Assembly (NCBI RefSeq): GCF_006345805.1
Contig: NW_021827487.1
Location: forward strand, 1-10,409
From: Octopus sinensis
Lineage: Eukaryota
DNA: 10,409 nucleotides
Direction of reading: 5' to 3'
A program made the translations under genes and the position numbers. Positions 1-6,831 of this stretch are shown here, piece after piece. Numbering within the stretch: position 1 is the stretch's first letter; the number at the start of each line of letters is the position of its first letter. Under the pieces are notes generated by a model. It saw nothing but the letters and a program-made list of their open reading frames with translations. It was not told the DNA's origin and ran no database searches.

Positions 1-186
1 CATGCACACACAGACACACATACCTTTAGAACACACACAAAACATACACACAACCACATACACGCACATGCTCAAGCACATGCGTGTACACAATAAAATG
101 AACACAACCTGACACACATCTCCACGGTCACACACACGCACATACACGCACGTACATATGCACACAATAAATGCACACACACATAT
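1..186 (+). repeat. Left arm of ~190 bp inverted repeat (partner 1086-1273)
   Basis: Non-microsatellite islands such as TACCTTTAGA, ATGCTCAAGCAC and CAATAAAATGAACACAACCTGACACACATCTCCACGGTCACA recur as reverse complements at 1086-1273. Confidence 0.9.
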
Positions 187-900
187 ACACACGTACATAC
201 ACACACACACCAGCACAGATGCCCACATATACCTCCAACAAACAATACTCATACAGATACGCACACACTTATACACACCTGGGCACAGATGCACACGCAC
301 ATACACGCACGTAGGTGCACACACACACACAAGCACATGCACACACGCATACACAAATTCACATACACACCGATACATATACATACACACTATATGCCTA
401 CTCATGCACACACACATACGTATACACATAGACACAGACACACACGCACACGCACACAAAAACATGCGCACACATACACACGCACACATGCACACGAATG
501 CACACACCCAACACTCACAACCCCACGGATACACGTATATGCACCCATATACGCTTACACACACACATACAAATGCACACGTACGCGCACACACAACTAC
601 ACGCACATATGACACATGCACACATATGACACTCACACATATACACACACACACAAATGAGCCCACACAAACATCCCATACACACGGCACACAATTATAC
701 ATGCACGCACACAATTATACATACATGTGTACACACATGCATGTACAAGCACACACGCACACACACTAAGTAAAGCACAGTTATTCGCCACACACCCAAA
801 CTCTACGCATACACACACGAACACACACATACATACACACACACACACACTACAAACAAAACACACACGATACATATACATACACGCACACACACACATA
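1..900. repeat. Degenerate (CA)n/(CATA)/(CACG) microsatellite-like tract
   Basis: Nearly continuous CA-rich dinucleotide-derived sequence; the His/Thr-rich and Cys/Val-rich ORFs here are its translation artefacts. Confidence 0.95.
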
Positions 901-965
901 CTTCAAAACTAGCAGTACCTACTACTGACTTGGGTAGAGACAAAAAGAGCCACTCTCAATTCCTT

Positions 966-1015
966 CTTCCTTGACCTTAAACAATACTAACTTCCTTGAC
1001 CTTAAACAATACTAA
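966..1015. repeat. Perfect 25-bp tandem duplication
   Basis: CTTCCTTGACCTTAAACAATACTAA at 966-990 and 991-1015. Confidence 0.95.
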
Positions 1016-1085
1016 GCCCTACAACACACAAAGATTAACAGCCACAACCACACACACATACACACACGTGTTATCATTGCACACA

Positions 1086-1273
1086 TATATGTGTGTGTGC
1101 GTGTATTGTGTGCGTATGTACGTGCGTGTATGTGCGTGTGTGTGACCGTGGAGATGTGTGTCAGGTTGTGTTCATTTTATTGTGTATGCGCGTGTGCTTG
1201 AGCATGTGCGTGTATATGGTTGTGTGTATGTTTTATGTGTGTGTCTAAAGGTATGTGTGTCTGTGTGTGCATG
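1086..1273 (-). repeat. Right arm of inverted repeat (partner 1-186)
   Basis: Reverse complement of 1141-1200 (CAAGCACACGCGCATACACAATAAAATGAACACAACCTGACACACATCTCCACGGTCACA) matches ~73-132 with few mismatches; the match continues to both arm ends. Confidence 0.9.
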
Positions 1274-1503
1274 GGGTTGGATAGGATAGGTTTCTGTGCA
1301 TTCCTGTGTGTGGGTATACACACACGCACACGCAGACCTTCGCGCACGCACATATCCACACTTACACACACATACCTCCTCCTGCACTCTCCTGTCTTTG
1401 AAAGAACTTTTCTTCACCATTTCCTTCCGGTCATTCAAAATGTGACCACGTGTTTACCGTTGGCGATTTTTTTTCCTCTGTCTTCCCTTCATGTTTGGAT
1501 AAC

Positions 1504-1590
1504 TATATATATATATAAATATATATAATATATATATATGTAATTATATATATAGATATATATATATATATATATATATATAATGTATAT
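1504..1590. repeat. (TA)n microsatellite
   Basis: Direct inspection. Confidence 0.95.
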
Positions 1591-2384
1591 TGTTACGACC
1601 TGCCGTCGCTCAACTTAGACTCAGAAGAGAGAGACAGCGGAGGCAGTTGCTTACATTTAACAACAGTTTATACAATTTTTACAACATCAATTAAAACATA
1701 ATACATTTCAGATACATTTAACAGATCGTACAGAGTTACAAGAAAAACAATCAATGGCATGCACAATACAGAATTTGGAAAACAATCCAAATTAAAGTCT
1801 TTCTCTTTCTTTTAACACAATGTTCTTTTCCTTTTAGGAACACATCTCACAGTTCTTTTCTCTTTTCTTTCTTTTCCACAGTTCTTTTTACAGGGTCTCT
1901 TTTCTTTTAACACACATCAAAATTCAACAACAAAGAACATAAACAAACATTACGCATGTTTTCTCGTTTACAAAATCCTACTAGCCTTCTTGCTGTCATC
2001 TCCCTTACTTCCTCAGGCTTGTCAAGTCCTCAATCTTCTCTGTCTGTCTTTCTTGCCTTGCTGTTGCCTCTCACCATCACCACCTTCTCGGCTGCCCGTC
2101 CTTATCGACTCGCTGTCGCAACCGACTGACTTCTTCTCCGGCCCGTCTGCTCTCTCTCAACTGACCGTCTCTTGCCAACTGACCAACTAACCCCAGCTTG
2201 CTGCATTTTAAAGGGGTGGTAGATTTATTTTTTTCTCAACTTTGCTTGACTGTATGGGTCAGAGGTACTTTCTACCCTCATTAATTTCCCTTGCAAAGCC
2301 CCATTATTTCTTTTTCCAGCCTGTCCGGCTCCAACCAATGAAATTGGGTCATAGCATTTTCTTGTCTTTTTGACCTCTGCAACA
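1591..2384 (-). mobile_element. Solo LTR, probably Ty3/Gypsy-type (794 bp)
   Basis: Termini TGTTAC...GCAACA (TG..CA, 5/6 inverted match); 4-bp target-site duplication ATAT (1587-1590 and 2385-2388); no internal coding region. Orientation is tentative, based on a minus-strand TATA-like CCTTTTAAAA (~2207-2216) followed by a GA-rich tract. Confidence 0.75.
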
Positions 2385-2456
2385 ATATATATGTATGTAT
2401 ATATATATATATATATACATGTATATATATGTATATATATATATATAAATATATAT
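2385..2456. repeat. (TA)n/(TATG)n microsatellite
   Basis: Direct inspection. Confidence 0.95.
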
Positions 2457-3317
2457 AAGTGAAAATCAAATCAAATCAAATCAAATCAAAATAGATGAAC
2501 ATCAATGGAATTTGTATCTTTGTGGTACCAGTGCCGGTGGCACACAAGAAAACCATCCGAACGTGGCCGTAGCCAGTACCGCATCGACTGGCCTCCGTGC
2601 TGTGGGCACGCAACAAACACCATCCGATCGTGGCCGTTCGCCAGCCTCATCTGGCACCTGTGTCGGTGGCACATAAAAACACCATCCGAAGACCCGCAAG
2701 ACTAGTCAGGCCATAACCCGTGGCCCCTACCTGGGACGTAGTCAGTCCACCTGTGCATACCTTCCTTCTTGTGACACTTGTGAAGACCTGTTGAGGCAAG
2801 TGAAAATCAAATCAAATCAAAACAAATCAAAATAGATGAACATAAATGGAATTTGTATCTTTGTGGTACCAGTGCCGGTGGCACACAAGAAAATCATCCG
2901 AACGTGGCCGTAGCCAGTACCGCATAGACTGGCCTCCGTGCTTTGGGGACGTAACAAACACCATCCGATCATGGCCGTCCGCCAGCCTCATCTGGCACCT
3001 GTGTCGGTGGCACATAAAAACACCATCCGAGCGTGGCCGTCTGCCAGCCTCGTCTGGCACCTGTGTCGGTGGCACATAAAAACACCATCCGAGTGTGGCC
3101 GTTCGCCAGCCTCGTCTGGCACCTGTGTCGGTGGCACATAAAATCACCCACTACACTCTCGGAGTGGTTGGCGTTAGGAAGGGCATCCAGCTGTAGAAAC
3201 ACTGCCAGATCTGACTGGCCTGGTGCAGCCTTCGGGCTCCCCAGACCCCAGTTGAACCGTCCAACCCATGCTAGCATGGAAAACGGACGCTAAATGATGA
3301 TGATGATGATGATGATG

Positions 3318-3318
<1 letters not shown>
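2457..3318 (+). mobile_element. 5'-truncated RTE-type LINE 3' UTR or RTE-tailed SINE fragment with internal tandem duplication and (ATG)n tail
   Basis: Ends in GGCGTTAGGAAGGGCATCCAGCTGTAGAAAC, a terminal stem-loop (CGTCC..CCATGCTAGCATGG..GGACG, 3258-3289) and an (ATG)n tail at 3294-3318, a layout typical of RTE-clade 3' ends. The segment starting AAGTG(AAATC)n occurs twice (2457 and 2798). Family assignment is from recognition, not a search. Confidence 0.65.
2959..3144 (+). repeat. Three tandem 62-bp units (a further unit at 2618-2679)
   Basis: CACCATCCGA recurs at 2959, 3021 and 3083 (CACC again at 3145), and at 2618 and 2680; period exactly 62; each unit contains GGCACCTGTGTCGGTGGCAC. Confidence 0.95.
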
Positions 3319-3375
<57 letters not shown>

Positions 3376-3724
3376 GTGTGTATATGTATGTATGTGTGTG
3401 TATATATATGTATGTATGTGTGTGTATATATATATATATATGTATGTGTGTGTATATATATATATGTATGTATGTGTGTGTATATATATATATATGTATG
3501 TATATGTGTGTATATATATATATGTATGTATGTGTGTGTATATATATATATGTATGTATGTGTGTGTATATATATATATGTATGTGTGTGTATATATATA
3601 TATGTATGTATGTGTGTATATTATATATGTATGTATGTGTGTGTGTATATATATATATGTTTGTATGTGTATGTATATATATATAATATATATATATATA
3701 TATTATATATATATATATATTATA
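3319..3724. repeat. Compound (TA)n/(TATG)n/(TG)n microsatellite
   Basis: Recurring TATGTATGTATGTGTGTGTATATATATA-like super-unit. Confidence 0.95.
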
Positions 3725-4594
3725 AAATGAGATAGGGGTTGAAAATTCAACCCACCATGGGATAACATATATCCAATATACTGCTAGAGAGGTACCCAAC
3801 AAGACTAATACATAAATGTTAAAAATTGCCATGCAATTAATTCATCTACTGTATTATGTGGGCAAGGGTAAAAATATTACCGTAAATTAATAATACAAAA
3901 TTAGAAAATGGAGAGACATACTTAAATCAATCAAATATTAACCATCAGATAATACCCAATCAGTACTTTATTACACCATTACATAACAGCAAAGACATTA
4001 TACAAAATATATTGTAAATATAATTAGACAAGGAAATATAAATATGAAATACAATTACATCATATCTGACAGCTGTTTCGGCTGTGAGGACAAGTATGCC
4101 TCATTTAACCTATAAGCCATATAAGGCAGGTATAAATGAGACATTAACAAGGATGTCCCACGGCCTCTTCAGAGAATTTAATTTAATATAAGTGTGAAAA
4201 AAATTTTTTACATATAAATATAAAAATATAAAATATAAAAATGTGTGCATAGACACTCATAATACTACACATATATATATACACATTAATACAATAATAC
4301 AAAATAAACAAAATATATCAATATACATTAACAAACACAGTTATTTTACATATTGGACTCCTAGTTCCATAACTAACCTCAAGGAAAATATATGCACACT
4401 CACATTTAAATTTAAATCAGACATATATACATAAAAAGAAAAAATATAATAAAAAAACACACAGTTCAGTTCATAAAATTATAACCCTACAAAAAGTCAA
4501 TAAAAATTACTATTAATATTATTATTAATAATAATAATAATAATAATAATAAATACAACCATGACTGTACCAAGTACATCAAGCGGACATCTAC
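3725..4594 (-). mobile_element. Probable non-coding PLE pseudo-LTR-like or retrozyme-like fragment of a different family, antisense to the Neptune element
   Basis: T-rich on the minus strand, contains a minimal type I hammerhead (4065-4175), and its minus-strand 3' end runs into (TA)n at ~3724. No visible nucleotide similarity to the pseudo-LTRs of the adjacent element. Boundaries approximate. Confidence 0.5.
4065..4175 (-). ncRNA. Type I hammerhead ribozyme, canonical core, extended stem II
   Basis: Minus strand reads UCU-CUGAAGA(4172-4166)-GGCCGUGGGACA...UGUCCUCACAGCC-GAAA(4079-4076)-CAGCU-GUC-AGA. Stem I is UCU/AGA, stem III is the palindrome ACAGCUGU, and predicted cleavage is after GUC (between 4068 and 4067). 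Confidence 0.85.
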
Positions 4595-4951
4595 ATAGTT
4601 TGCGTAAAAGAATGGCCCTGCACAGATCCCAGATAAAAATTCCCCAAAACAGAAAAATAGCTTTCAGCCAACACATAGATACTTACGCCATCAACAAAAC
4701 ACCAGGCTTCAAGATTTTCCCCCTCTACCATAAAGGAACTCTCTTTATTACAAAATACAGGCCACTTCTTAACAGGTCTACGGGTCTACGACAAACCTCA
4801 ATATAATATACCTCAACTTTAGAATAAAAGAAATACACACACAAATATTACATTCCAAAGAATCCATTACAAATCAACCCCAATCACAGCTATAATCCAT
4901 AACATGCCAACTTCAAGTCATACAACACCTCACTACTTTCACCCATTCATA

Positions 4952-5133
4952 TTCTCCCTTCTCTTTTTTTTCTCCTTCTTCCTCTTCTTCTTCATCATCA
5001 TCATTATCATCATCATCGTCATCATCATCACCATCATCATCATCTTCTTCTTCTCCTTCTCCCTCTTCTTCTTCATCATCATCATCAACATCGTCATCTT
5101 CTTCTTCTTCTTCTTCTCCTCCTTCTACCTCTT
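4952..5133. repeat. (CTT)n/(CAT)n pyrimidine-rich microsatellite inside 5' pseudo-LTR
   Basis: Direct inspection; the homologous tract is at 9258-9431. Confidence 0.9.
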
Positions 5134-5468
5134 AACTTTATCACTAATGCTTTTTAGTATAACACCTACGCAAATTCCATAAACAAACCTTTCAATAGAA
5201 ATATTCTCCTGAATTGAACTGCAACTGCTAGCTGCCACTGACCATTCAAAATACCACCATCAAGGCACTCCCAAATTTTTCCACCCCCTCTCCTCATCAA
5301 CATTCTTCTTCTTCTACCCTACCAAGAATTCACAACTGCCTCAAACACACAAGTGCAAACAAGGGAGACAGAGAAAGGCAGAATGCCACTTATATTTGAA
5401 CACTATACAAATATTCCTTTAAAAAAACTTTTCTTCTAATTTTTCTAAATTTAATTATTTAATCGTTA

Positions 5469-5506
5469 CAGTTGAAAAGGTCTCAAAATGACCAAAACCG
5501 GTACTG
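5469..5506 (+). ncRNA. Minimal type I hammerhead ribozyme fold with variant core (U3, A8, A12), 5' pseudo-LTR
   Basis: CAG-UUGAAAA-GGUC-UCAAAAU-GACC-AAAA-CCGG-UA-CUG: stem I CAG/CUG, stem II GGUC/GACC, palindromic stem III ACCGGU, predicted cleavage after A5503. Activity untested. Confidence 0.72.
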
Positions 5507-5625
5507 AAATGTTCTTTATAAAATTACTTTAGCATTTTCTATTTTCACTTGTTTTTTCATATATATCAACTCGTGTGTTCCTTTTCACCCTTATACATAT
5601 CATTAACCCACACGAGATACAGAAA

Positions 5626-6831
5626 ATGCCGACAAAAACAGACACAATCACCTCCATAAATGAAGAAATACTGAAAGAAGTCAAGAAAATCAACACAAAT
5701 TTGTCAACATTTTTGAACAAATTCGACTCGACACATCAACCCAATCGAGAGAACAATGAGGAAACAGATACGAAAAATACAACCTCCGAAATTGTCGAAA
5801 ACCTTGGAAACTTATGCGAAACAATTAGAACATTTTTCTCTAACAACGCTAACCAAGGACCTCCAAATGTGTCAATATATGGGATCAATACTCTAACAAC
5901 ATACCAAATGAAACACCACATAATACCACAATGGAACAAATCACTCAGAGATAGAAAGTTCGCCTTTTGGAAGATGATCCAAAACAACAACAAAGCGGAT
6001 ATATACGAAAAATGGCTCAACCGGACCCCATTAATCCTCCCATGTAAATTCCAGTTCAAAACTATTACAGAGGAACCTGAAACACAAAGACGCCTCAGGG
6101 AGAGAATGGCACTGGAAAAAATGAAAATGGAAATAGAACTTCTGAAATTGAGGGCCCAAACGAATGAGGATAAAATAAAATCCACCGATGAAGATATCAA
6201 CGAAGAAATTCGCAAAATGACCCAAGGCCCAGATCAAGAGAAGTTCTCCAAACTATGAAAAGAGGACTGTGAAAAAGAACTAAAATCTCTCCAACGCTGG
6301 GAGAAAAGCGCCACTTGGTTCTCAAACTATGAAGCCGTCTTTCAAACAGAGCACGCCTCCAACAACCCTTTCCAGAAAATAAGGAAACCAAAACAACACG
6401 CAAACACCGATACACACCTGTCTAAAAATTAGAACCTTCACTACTATCAAAAAAAGAATACAGGACCTAACCCTAACTCTGTAAGCAGCCAGCGATACAA
6501 TATCAGGAATACCCCCACTTCAAGCAGAGAAAGGATAAATCAACACCCACAGGATAGACACTGCAACCTTATCCCCACCCAAAAGAGTTACCAACGAAAT
6601 CTTCGTCCCATCAACCGGTTAAACAACCATGCACAACAAACCCACAACACTTGCAATGATTACCAACGAAGGCCTCCTAGAACACCACACCCGAATATGG
6701 GATATCGGGACGCTCTTCTCAATACTGTTCCGAGACCCCACATCAACAAAGAACAACTATATAATAGCTACTGTCCCAACCACCGCATTCATTTTTTAGA
6801 CCCAATACGCAAACACAGAGACACAAGATAG
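5626..6831 (+). pseudogene. PLE ORF1: helical/coiled-coil N-terminal part plus Asn/Pro/Gln/Arg-rich C-terminal part (~401 codons), two premature stops
   Basis: Frame 1 is open from ATG 5626 to TAG 6829-6831 except for TGA 6256-6258 (KL*KEDCEKE, likely TGG) and TAG 6430-6432 (likely CAG). Coiled-coil-like stretch QRRLRERMALEKMKMEIELLKLRAQTNEDKIKSTDEDINEEIRKM. Confidence 0.7.
6792..6798 (+). promoter_or_regulatory. Candidate -1 ribosomal frameshift slippery site U_UUU_UUA
   Basis: CAT TTT TTA GAC is in ORF1 phase, and the -1 frame is open from 6768 through into the RT frame of ORF 6858..7484. Confidence 0.6.

Larger units (their letters stand above)
4595..5566 (+). repeat. 5' pseudo-LTR (5'-truncated tandem copy of the element's 3' end)
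   Basis: Matches 8873-9862 from ATAGTTTGCGTAAAAG to GTTTTTTCATATATAT, with roughly a dozen substitutions by eye, a 36-bp deletion at 4730/4731 and microsatellite length changes. Confidence 0.95.

Noticed and set aside
1375-1503. Pyrimidine-rich unique segment resembling an abundant cephalopod repeat from memory
   Set aside because: No diagnostic motif, terminus or ribozyme core in the window; cannot be supported without a database search.
158-1528. His/Thr-rich and Cys/Val-rich ORFs
   Set aside because: Translations of CA/TG microsatellite-like DNA with no domain content.
2486-3293. Overlapping ORFs with repeated WHLCRWHIK motifs; possible CRISPR array
   Set aside because: The 62-bp units are contiguous with no unique spacers, there are no cas genes and the context is eukaryotic; the ORFs are by-products of GC-rich tandem repeats.
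3290-3832. Long Ile/Tyr/Met/Cys/Val ORFs on both strands
   Set aside because: Stop-free reading of (ATG)n and TA/TG repeats.
4561-4806. 81-aa ORF as an independent nuclease gene
   Set aside because: It is the truncated GIY-YIG tail within the 5' pseudo-LTR, lacking the GIY-YIG motifs, with a chance upstream ATG.
4904-5182. Poly-Phe/Ile, poly-His and poly-Met/Lys ORFs (also 9210-9455, 9219-9419)
   Set aside because: Translations of the CTT/CAT microsatellite.
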